Assembly (NCBI RefSeq): GCF_001945605.1
Contig: NZ_MPKA01000067.1
Span: 30,001 to 62,000, forward strand
DNA: 32,000 bases
Source of the DNA: Dubosiella newyorkensis
GTDB lineage: Bacteria; Bacillota_I; Bacilli_A; Erysipelotrichales; Erysipelotrichaceae
Direction of reading: 5' to 3'
The translations under genes were made by a program, and so were the position numbers. The notes under the pieces are model-generated. The model searched no databases. It saw only the letters and a list, made by a program, of their open reading frames with translations, and was not told the DNA's origin. Shown piece after piece: positions 8,508-15,959 of the stretch; within the stretch, counting starts at the first letter, position 1; each line of letters starts with the position of its first letter.

Positions 8508-9681
8508 TCAAGATGCGGAACATTGTGGAAAGATCGAAAGAATGCCTGGAATTCCTCCTACGCCAATATTCGTGGCCGTCACTCCAAAGCTAACAGAAAC
8601 GGTAGCTGCCAAAGAAGAGCCGACCATACCACATAAGAATGGAAAACCATAGCGCAAATTCACACCAAAGATCGCAGGTTCTGTCACACTCAAATAACAT
8701 GAAATCATAGCTGGAATTGAGATTTGTTGGGCCTTCTCATTTTTCTTTTGGAGAACACTCATCGCAAAAACAGCAGAGCCTTGGGCGATATTGGAAAGAG
8801 CGATCATTGGCCAAAGATTCGTTCCACCAAAAGATGCGACAAGCTGCGAATCGATGGCGTTGGTCATATGATGGAGTCCTGTGATGACAAGGGGCGCATA
8901 GACAAATCCAAAAATAGTCGCGAACAACCATTTTACATTCGAATTCAAACCTGCCCAAATGATATCGGAAATCCATCCGCCAATGACCCATCCAACAGGG
9001 CCTAAGATCGTATACGCCACAAGAACCGCAAGAACAAGCGAACAAAACGGAACGACGATCATGCTTACGAGAGCAGGCGTGATCTTTCGAAAGAATTTTT
9101 CAATAAAGACAAGAGCGAATCCAGCCAAGATGGCAGGGAGCACTTGCACTTGATAGCCAATCATTTCTACTTGCGCAAACCCAAAATCCCAAACAGGAAT
9201 TTCTGTCGCGCCCGCGACCGCATAGGCGTTGAGAAGTTGTGGAGAAACGAGCGTGATTCCTAAAACGATTCCTAAAATTTGGGTGGTGCCCATCTTTTTC
9301 GTGATCGACCACGTGATCCCGACAGGCAGGAATGAGGGGGGCAAAAATTTCACCCAAATCGGACATGATCTTTTGAATTGGTGTTTGTTGCGATTTCGCA
9401 TCGCTCTTCAACGCTTCTTTGGACACGCCTTCGATTCCAGAAACATCCACAAAATCGTTATAGTATTCTTGGACTTCGTTGCCAATAATGACTTGAAATT
9501 GTCCCGACTGGGTAAAGGTGCCTTTCGCGCTCGGTAATTCTTCGATCGTCTCTATATTGACAAGCGATGGATCGACAAGCACAAACCACATACGAGTCAC
9601 ACAATGCGTCACCCCTTGAATGTTTTCTTTACCACCAACGAGTATAAGGAGTTGTTTCGCTTCATCTTTGAATTTTGACAT
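8508..9681 (-). pseudogene. treB: PTS EIIBC (trehalose/sucrose family) remnant with internal deletion/frameshift and truncated 3' end
   Basis: The EIIB domain starts at ATG 9681: MSKFKDEAKQLLILVGGKENIQGVTHCVTRMWF...GEIFAPLIPA, in the frame of ORF 9100..9738. The EIIC domain is in another frame (ORF 8508..9401): FLPVGITWSITKKMGTTQILGIVLGITLVSPQLLNAY...ITGLHHMTNAID...GGIPGILSI. That frame then runs straight into treC-derived sequence. Confidence 0.8.
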
Positions 9682-9711
9682 GAGTTCTCTCTCTTTCTTT
9701 TCTATTGATCT

Positions 9712-9729
9712 ATCTTGTACGTACAAGAT
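9712..9729. promoter_or_regulatory. Perfect 18-bp palindrome ATCTTGTACGTACAAGAT, candidate TreR (GntR/HutC) operator abutting a TTGACA -35 box of the treB promoter
   Basis: The palindrome was read directly. TTGACA (minus strand, 9734-9729) sits immediately upstream of it. The site is about 30 nt upstream of the treB ATG. GT..AC dyads are typical of GntR-family operators. Confidence 0.55.
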
Positions 9730-9754
9730 GTCAACCATGAAAAAAAGAAATAAT

Positions 9755-9840
9755 TTTCCTACAAATGAGGGAATAGATTTCCTACAAATGAGGGAATAGA
9801 TTTCCTACAAATGAGGGAATTCTGTTGAATTCCCTCATTT
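9755..9840. repeat. Tandem 23-bp repeat TTTCCTACAAATGAGGGAATAGA, copies at 9755-9777, 9778-9800 and 9801-9820 (third copy partial). It ends in a palindrome AAATGAGGGAATT-CTGTTG-AATTCCCTCATTT (9809-9840)
   Basis: Read directly. Copies 1 and 2 are identical. Copy 3 diverges after GGGAAT, where it becomes the left arm of a hairpin with 13-bp arms. TATAAT follows at 9841-9846. Confidence 0.9.
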
Positions 9841-9874
9841 TATAATGATAAAATCCTTGTAGGAGGTCATTATT

Positions 9875-11146
9875 ATGGAATACAAACCTCGCATTCTTGA
9901 TGAACTTTTAGAAGATAAGTTAGCTGGAAAAGGTGCTGTTTTAATTGAAGGTCCAAAATGGTGTGGTAAAACAACAACAGCTGAACAGGTTGCTAAAAGC
10001 GTTCTTTACCTTGCCGATCCAAAGGAACGAGATGAATATTTGAATCTTGTAGATATAAATCCTTCCCTTCTTTTGGAAGGAAAAACACCTCGATTGATTG
10101 ATGAATGGCAAATTGCTCCAAAATTATGGGATGCGGCTCGTTTTGAAATCGACCATCGAAATCAAGAAGGTCAATTTATATTTACAGGTTCTGCTGTACC
10201 AGCAGACTCTACTCAAATCGAGCATAGTGGAACTGGACGTTTCGCTTGGTTGACCATGTACCCAATGTCGTTATTTGAATCTGGAGAATCTTCAGGTTTC
10301 GTTTCTCTGAAAGACCTTTTCAATGATCCCTCTATGATATCGGCTAAAAATGATCTAAAAATCGACGAGCTCGCCTTTTTGGTTTGTCGAGGAGGATGGC
10401 CAAGAGCAACTTTCATGAAGCCAAAAATCGCTCTTGAACAAGCGTACGATTATTATGAAGCCATTATACGTTCAGATATTTCACGAGTAGATGGTATTCA
10501 AAGAAATCCAGAACGAGTAAAAAAGCTTATGCGAGTCTATGCAAGACATAGCGGTCAACAAGTCGCTTTAACAACACTTAGAAAAGATATGCTAGCTAAC
10601 GATTCAGAAGGACTTGATGTCGACACAATCAACACATACATCTTGGCTCTTAAAAAAATCTTTGTGATCGAAGATGTAGAATCCTGGAATCCAAATCTTC
10701 GTTCGAAAGCTGCAATCCGCTCTTCCGACACTCGTTATTTTGTCGATCCATCCATTGCGGCAGCCTCCTTAGGAATTGGACCAACTGATTTGATCAACGA
10801 TCTAAATACTTTTGGATTTCTCTTCGAGACCCTTTGTATTCGTGATCTAAAAGTTTACGCATCCGCATTAAACGGTAAGATTTATCACTATCGAGATAGT
10901 TATGGATTAGAATGTGACGCAGTCCTTCATTTACGAAACGGAGATTATGGATTGATCGAAATCAAACTTGGAGGCGAAAGACTCATTGAAGAAGGAGCTA
11001 AAAACCTTAAAAAACTCGCGAATAATTTAGATACCACAAAAATGAAATCTCCCTCGTTTCTCATGGTTTTGGTCGGAACTGGCAGCTATGCCTATAAACG
11101 AAAAGATGGGATTTTCGTAGTTCCGATCGGATGCCTAAAAAACTAG
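9875..11146 (+). CDS. AAA+ ATPase of the AAA_14/DUF4143 type with a PD-(D/E)xK-like C-terminal motif
   Basis: 423 aa. Walker A GPKWCGKTT, Walker B PRLIDEWQ. C-terminal YHYRDSYGLECDAVLHLRNGDYGLIEIKLGG has a D...ExD...ExK pattern. SD AGGAGG at 9861-9866. Confidence 0.7.
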   Translation: MEYKPRILDELLEDKLAGKGAVLIEGPKWCGKTTTAEQVAKSVLYLADPKERDEYLNLVDINPSLLLEGKTPRLIDEWQIAPKLWDAARFEIDHRNQEGQFIFTGSAVPADSTQIEHSGTGRFAWLTMYPMSLFESGESSGFVSLKDLFNDPSMISAKNDLKIDELAFLVCRGGWPRATFMKPKIALEQAYDYYEAIIRSDISRVDGIQRNPERVKKLMRVYARHSGQQVALTTLRKDMLANDSEGLDVDTINTYILALKKIFVIEDVESWNPNLRSKAAIRSSDTRYFVDPSIAAASLGIGPTDLINDLNTFGFLFETLCIRDLKVYASALNGKIYHYRDSYGLECDAVLHLRNGDYGLIEIKLGGERLIEEGAKNLKKLANNLDTTKMKSPSFLMVLVGTGSYAYKRKDGIFVVPIGCLKN

Positions 11147-11200
11147 CTCTTTTGGATTCAAACTACTATATAATGAAAGCATCAGAAAGGTAGAACGCAA

Positions 11201-12019
11201 ATGAAAACAGACTATCATCTTCACACAGCCTATAGCGACGATTCCATCTATCCCATGGAACAACTCATTCAAGACGCGATCCAACTAGGGCTCGAAGAAA
11301 TCTGCATCACTGACCACGTAGACCATGGCGTTAAATACGATGCCGATGATCCAAACCGCCCAAAAGATGCGGTTTTGAACGTCGATTATCCGCGCTACTT
11401 TGACGAGCTCGCCACCCTCATTCCCCAATACCAAGATAAAATCACGATCAAAAAAGGACTTGAATTTGGTATCCAGCTTCATACGATCGACGCCTATCAA
11501 AAGCTGTTCGAACAATATCCACTCGACTTCGTGCTTCTTTCCATCCATCAAATCGAAAACCAAGAATTTTGGAACCAAGAATTTCAAAAAGGAAAAAGCC
11601 AACAAAAATATAATGAAAAATATTATGATTACTTGTACGAGATCCTCCAACATTACGATGCCTACAGCGTTCTTTCCCATTTGGATTTGATCGTCCGCTA
11701 CGATCCAAAAGGCCGCTACCCTTTCGAAAACGTAAAGCCAAAAATTGAAAAGATCTTGCGCCACATCATCAAGAACGGAAAAGGAATCGAAGTCAATACT
11801 TCCTCCTTCCAATATGGATTGGACGATCTAATGCCTTCCCGAAAGATCCTAGCCCTCTATAAAGAGCTCGGAGGAACGATCATCACTATCGGAAGCGACG
11901 CCCACACCCAACAATACGTAGGCAATCATATCGAAGAAGTCAAAGCCGAACTCAAAACAATGGGCTTTCAATACTTCCATACATTCGATGCCATGAAACC
12001 AATCGCTCACCCGCTTTAA
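11201..12019 (+). CDS. PHP-domain phosphatase, histidinol-phosphatase (HisJ/HisK) family
   Basis: 272 aa. N-terminal DYHLHTAYSDDS and ICITDHVDHG metal-binding motifs, and a C-terminal GSDAH motif. Confidence 0.7.
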   Translation: MKTDYHLHTAYSDDSIYPMEQLIQDAIQLGLEEICITDHVDHGVKYDADDPNRPKDAVLNVDYPRYFDELATLIPQYQDKITIKKGLEFGIQLHTIDAYQKLFEQYPLDFVLLSIHQIENQEFWNQEFQKGKSQQKYNEKYYDYLYEILQHYDAYSVLSHLDLIVRYDPKGRYPFENVKPKIEKILRHIIKNGKGIEVNTSSFQYGLDDLMPSRKILALYKELGGTIITIGSDAHTQQYVGNHIEEVKAELKTMGFQYFHTFDAMKPIAHPL

Positions 12020-12043
12020 AAGAAAGGAAAAAGCAGAATTTTC

Positions 12044-12427
12044 ATGAAAATAGAACATACAGCCATTTATTTTAACGATCTCGAAAAAGCTAAGGTGTTT
12101 TTTGAAACGTATTTTAACGCCACGCCCAACGAACTCTACCACAATCCAAGAACAGGATTTCGCTCCTACTTTTTATCGTTCGAAGAAGGAGCTCGCCTAG
12201 AAATCATGAACAAAGAACAAATGGAAGACTTGCCAAAACCACTCAACCGAACCGGCTTGGCTCATCTTAGTTTTTCTCTTGGATCCAAAGAAGCGGTCGA
12301 TCAACTCACCCAACGCCTCAAAAACGATGGATATGAAGTGATCAGCGGACCAAGAACGACTGGAGACGGCTATTATGAAAGCTGCTTCTTAGACTTTGAA
12401 AACAATCAAATCGAAATTTCCGAATAA
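12044..12427 (+). CDS. VOC / glyoxalase-bleomycin-resistance family protein
   Basis: 127 aa. MKIEHTAIYFNDLEKAKVFFETYF...GLAHLSFSL...YYESCFLDFENNQIEI shows the typical paired beta-alpha-beta-beta-beta VOC pattern. Confidence 0.6.
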   Translation: MKIEHTAIYFNDLEKAKVFFETYFNATPNELYHNPRTGFRSYFLSFEEGARLEIMNKEQMEDLPKPLNRTGLAHLSFSLGSKEAVDQLTQRLKNDGYEVISGPRTTGDGYYESCFLDFENNQIEISE

Positions 12428-12453
12428 AAAAAGCGTCCTCCAGCGACGCTTTT
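12426..12453. terminator. Bidirectional terminator between the VOC gene and treR
   Basis: A-run-AGCGTC-CTCCAGC-GACGCT-TTT, immediately after both stop codons (TAA 12425-12427 on plus, TAA 12454-12452 on minus). Confidence 0.55.
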
Positions 12454-13165
12454 ACTTTTCCCTTCTCGAAAATTCTACAAACCGAAACTTGTCGGGCCGA
12501 TGTTTTGACACCGTATAACAAAACAAAGTCGCATCCTCTAAAAAGTTGTACGATTTAACACAAACGAGCAAATCATACCCCTCCAGATCGAGCAGCTTCT
12601 TTTCTTCTTCGCTCGCCTTAACGACCGTGATCTCTTTTCGCGCAAACGCGATCGGCAAACCCAAAGTATTCTCAATATATTCATAAATCGAATCCGAAGC
12701 AATCTGCGCATCCAGACCAGGAATGATCTTGGCATTGATATAATCTTCATCCAAAATGATCTTTTCCCCATCGATCTTTCGAATTCGTTTGATCTCATAC
12801 ACAAAACTTTCCGGACCCACATTCAACTTTTTTTGAATACGCGCATTAGGATGCCCATACTCAAAAGAAGACACGATCGTTTTCGAATGATACCGATACG
12901 CCGATCGTTCTAGCTCTTTAAAACTTGTTAAACCCGAAACCGGAAAAGAAATCAGACCCACATCCAAAACCAGCGAACCCTTCCGCTTTTCCTTTTGAAT
13001 ATAGCCCGAAGACGCCAACAAATTCAAAGCCTTCCGAACCGTATCCCGACTCGAATCATACAGCTTCATCAACTCGTTTTCGCTAGGCAAATACGTCCCT
13101 GCCCCATACTCTTTTTCTTCGATCTTGCCCTTTAAATCCTCATAAATATCGTGATACTTTGCCAT
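12452..13165 (-). CDS. treR: GntR/HutC-family transcriptional repressor, trehalose operon repressor-like
   Basis: 237 aa. N-terminal wHTH LPSENELMKLYDSSRDTVRKALNLLASSGYIQKEKRKGSLV plus a UTRA-like C-terminal half. Same strand as, and upstream of, the treB/treC remnants. SD GAGGTGG. Confidence 0.75.
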   Translation of the reverse strand: MAKYHDIYEDLKGKIEEKEYGAGTYLPSENELMKLYDSSRDTVRKALNLLASSGYIQKEKRKGSLVLDVGLISFPVSGLTSFKELERSAYRYHSKTIVSSFEYGHPNARIQKKLNVGPESFVYEIKRIRKIDGEKIILDEDYINAKIIPGLDAQIASDSIYEYIENTLGLPIAFARKEITVVKASEEEKKLLDLEGYDLLVCVKSYNFLEDATLFCYTVSKHRPDKFRFVEFSRREK

Positions 13166-13182
13166 AGACCCACCTCTGTGCC

Positions 13183-13197
13183 ATTATACGTACAAGA
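13183..13197. promoter_or_regulatory. Operator-like half-palindrome (TCTTGTACGTATAAT on minus) overlapping the treR -10 box
   Basis: It shares the 11-mer TCTTGTACGTA with the treB operator. On the minus strand it lies within TTGATT-N18-TATAAT, upstream of the treR SD. Confidence 0.4.
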
Positions 13198-13263
13198 AAA
13201 CCACAAAATCAACTTGTAAGCGTTTTCATAAAAGATTAAAATAGAAGAAAAGGAGATTTTGAT

Positions 13264-13581
13264 ATGACACATGAAGAAATTGCTGCCTACGTGCAACCCA
13301 TCTTAAACGAAGCTTTTGAAGAAATCATGGATGACGTGACCCAAGCCAACCGGATCTCCGTGATCGCCAAGATCTACCACGAACTCTATGAGATCCCAGA
13401 AGACCGTCTCCAATGGCTCGACGATGAAGAAATGAAAGAAATGATCCTCACGATCTACTACGCTCTTTCTCGCCAGCGCCACGCGTTAACGACAGGCGTC
13501 GCCAAAGAAGTCAAGAAATATGTCAAAGCAAGCTATAAGGACTGGAAACTATTAGAAGACATGTCCTCCGATGAAGACTGA
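13264..13581 (+). CDS. Hypothetical small acidic protein (105 aa)
   Basis: ORF with SD AAAGGAG, a TTGTAA-N17-TAAAAT promoter and a strong terminator. No motif recognised. Confidence 0.55.
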   Translation: MTHEEIAAYVQPILNEAFEEIMDDVTQANRISVIAKIYHELYEIPEDRLQWLDDEEMKEMILTIYYALSRQRHALTTGVAKEVKKYVKASYKDWKLLEDMSSDED

Positions 13582-13601
13582 TGAAGATCAGTCTTTTTTT
13601 T
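13574..13601 (+). terminator. Rho-independent terminator overlapping the stop codon of the 105-aa gene
   Basis: AAGACTGAT-GAAG-ATCAGTCTT followed by a T-run. Confidence 0.8.
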
Positions 13602-13668
13602 CATCCCAATCACGCAGGAATGATTCGATCCATGCACAAAATTGTTCGCCACTTCCTATACTTCATCT

Positions 13669-13695
13669 AAAAAAGGAAATGCCTACACATTTCCT
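13669..13695 (-). terminator. Rho-independent terminator after the radical SAM gene
   Basis: Minus strand: AGGAAATG-TGTAGG-CATTTCCT followed by TTTTTT. It overlaps the stop codon at 13685-13683. Confidence 0.7.
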
Positions 13696-14498
13696 AAATA
13701 CACACGACGCAAATACTTCTTAGCGATCTCCTTCAAATGCTTCAAAGACTCGATCGAAGTTGGCGCCTCCTTCTCCTTCCAACGCGGAAAATACCGCGTC
13801 AAATGCAGCGGAATATTCGGATCGATGCTCGCGATGAACTTTGCCAAATTCTCGATCTCCTCATCCGAATCGTTCTTATGTGGCACCACCAAAGTCGTGA
13901 TCTCCACATCCGCCTTGCTTGCCGCTCTTTCAATAAAGCGTTTGACCGTCTCGAGATCGCCCGACAAATACTGATAATATTCTTGCATGAACCCTTTCAA
14001 ATCAATATTGAACGCGTCCACATACGGAAGCACTTCATCCAAAGCCTTCAAGCTCGCGCTGCCATTCGTGACCACGGCGACCTTCAAACCCTTTTCTTTC
14101 GCCAGCTTCCCCGTATCCCGGATAAACTCCCAAGACATCATCGGCTCATTATACGTGAACGCGATCCCAATATTGCCATACGGCACGAGCTCGACCGCCT
14201 TTTCAACAAGCTCTTCCGGAGTGATCGTTTCGCAACGAGCATCCAGATCCTCTTGCGCGATCTCATGATTTTGACAAAAAGGACACGCCAAATTACACCC
14301 ATAACTTCCCACCGATAAGATCATGGAACCAGGATGAAAGTCATGCAATGGCTTCTTTTCGATCGGATCGAGCGCCGCCGAAGAGATCTTCCCATAATTA
14401 CGATCGACGATCTTTCCATTCACATTCATGCGCCCCTTGCACCAGCCAACCTGACCATCCCGCAATTCACATTCTCGAAAACACGTTTCACACTTCAT
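13683..14498 (-). CDS. Radical SAM enzyme, AmmeMemoRadiSam-system type (AmrS-like; related to glycyl-radical activases)
   Basis: 271 aa. CX3CX2C cluster motif GCNLACPFCQN. N-terminal Cys-rich CETCFRECELRDGQVGWCKGR. 4-nt ATGA overlap with the upstream gene (14498-14495). Confidence 0.75.
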   Translation of the reverse strand: MKCETCFRECELRDGQVGWCKGRMNVNGKIVDRNYGKISSAALDPIEKKPLHDFHPGSMILSVGSYGCNLACPFCQNHEIAQEDLDARCETITPEELVEKAVELVPYGNIGIAFTYNEPMMSWEFIRDTGKLAKEKGLKVAVVTNGSASLKALDEVLPYVDAFNIDLKGFMQEYYQYLSGDLETVKRFIERAASKADVEITTLVVPHKNDSDEEIENLAKFIASIDPNIPLHLTRYFPRWKEKEAPTSIESLKHLKEIAKKYLRRVYLGNV

Positions 14499-15883
14499 AC
14501 ATGCCGCACCACTTCAAAACGCTCTAACGTGCAACCCGGCTCATCCGTCAATAAACCAGCCTTCTGTTTCGCGATCGAAACTTGCTTTGTGATCGTATCG
14601 ACACCCTCCAAATCCGGAAGCAATAAGCCACGCTTGCCATTCTTCGAAACGATCACTCCATACTTTTTCACATCCAGCTGACTTTCATCCTCGATGATCT
14701 CTGGTTTCCCTAACACATCCACATTGATCTCCAGCTCTTCCAGCTCCCAAGGCTGAATCGCCGGAAAACGAGGATCCCGCATCGAAGCCGCGAGCGCGTT
14801 ACGCACGATCTCCGTCGCCACATTCGCCTCCGTTGGCTCCGTCGTTCCAATACAACCACGAAGCTCGCCATTTTTATGGATCGAAACAAAAACACCCGCC
14901 CTCTCTTCCAACATTTCACTCGGAAGCGAAGCCGAAGGAATCACCAACTCATTTTCATGAATCAAATCATTGATCGTATCCCGCGCCAACTTGACATACG
15001 CGTCCTCCTTCTTGATCCTCTCCTCGTACGCGTTTCGATCTTGCGCCTCAGCCATGATCAAAAAATGACGATCCAAATCTTCTTTAGGATCTGTAAACGT
15101 AGCTACGCCATAACCAACCCCAAATTCAGCCGAATGCGCCAACGCCTTCGCATCCACAGACAAGCCATCCAAAGCTCCCGCTAATATACAAAACGACTTC
15201 TGACCACAAACCATCGCCTTCTCCGCGTCCTCTTCCGAAACCTCGAGCAACCTTAAAAAATCTCCATCACCCAAGATCTCCATGATCTTCTCATCGTACT
15301 TTGGACCTTCTGGACGATAGCCATAATGCGTACCCGCCTTTTGACAATGCGAAAGATCGCCACTCGCTACGATCGAAACCTTACGTCCCAATTTCTGAGC
15401 CGCCTCTTGGATCGCCTGCCCCACTTGATAATGCACCTTATTATTCGGACCCCCAAGACCGATCCGTACAAACTTCGTCTCCGGCGCTAAAGACTTCAAA
15501 AAGTAAAGCGGAACCATCGTCCCATGATCCAAAGAACCATCTTGTTTGCCTAAAGTTCCAGCCGGAATCCCATTCTCCATGCAAATCGACTCGATCGCAT
15601 CGACAAGCTCTTGATCATAAGGAATTCGAAAACGATCATACGGATCGTTGAACTGAGCAAGATCTCCCTCACCATACGCCCCCTTCGAAAGCTGAATATA
15701 ATCATAATAGCTTGGCGCATGTGGAGAAATGATCACCACCGTATCCGGCTTGGCCTCCACGATCTTCTGCGCCGCCTCTTCCATTGCGCTCGTAATATTC
15801 TCGATCTTTTTTTCTTCCCCACGCCCAACATTCGGAACAATGAGAGGTGGATGAGGAACAGCGATCCCATTCAAAACTGACAT
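14495..15883 (-). CDS. Fusion protein: class III extradiol-dioxygenase (LigB/Memo)-like N-domain + AMMECR1 C-domain
   Basis: The N-domain has GIAVPHPPLIVP...VVIISPHAPSY...ASGDLSH. The C-domain has the AMMECR1 signature AGVFVSIHKNGELRGCIGT. I place the start at ATG 15883 (MSVLNG...), which has AAGAGGAGG 9 nt upstream, rather than at the ORF-track start 15931. Confidence 0.8.
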   Translation of the reverse strand: MSVLNGIAVPHPPLIVPNVGRGEEKKIENITSAMEEAAQKIVEAKPDTVVIISPHAPSYYDYIQLSKGAYGEGDLAQFNDPYDRFRIPYDQELVDAIESICMENGIPAGTLGKQDGSLDHGTMVPLYFLKSLAPETKFVRIGLGGPNNKVHYQVGQAIQEAAQKLGRKVSIVASGDLSHCQKAGTHYGYRPEGPKYDEKIMEILGDGDFLRLLEVSEEDAEKAMVCGQKSFCILAGALDGLSVDAKALAHSAEFGVGYGVATFTDPKEDLDRHFLIMAEAQDRNAYEERIKKEDAYVKLARDTINDLIHENELVIPSASLPSEMLEERAGVFVSIHKNGELRGCIGTTEPTEANVATEIVRNALAASMRDPRFPAIQPWELEELEINVDVLGKPEIIEDESQLDVKKYGVIVSKNGKRGLLLPDLEGVDTITKQVSIAKQKAGLLTDEPGCTLERFEVVRHV

Positions 15884-15959
15884 AAAAAAGACCTCCTCTT
15901 TAAAACCCATTATACGCTTCTTGTTCCACATAAAAAAAAGACAAGCATAAAAACTTGCC

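Noticed and set aside
8724-9537. Small ORFs on both strands within the treB remnant (8724-9005, 8737-9045, 8959-9153, 9229-9537).
   Set aside because: These are alternative-frame and antisense readings of the EIIC coding sequence. The EIIC frame carries unmistakable family motifs, and these other frames carry none.
9755-9840. Possible CRISPR array or transposon terminal repeat at the 23-bp repeats.
   Set aside because: The copies are directly adjacent with no spacers, there are only about three of them, and no cas or transposase gene is nearby. I kept this as an unexplained tandem repeat instead.
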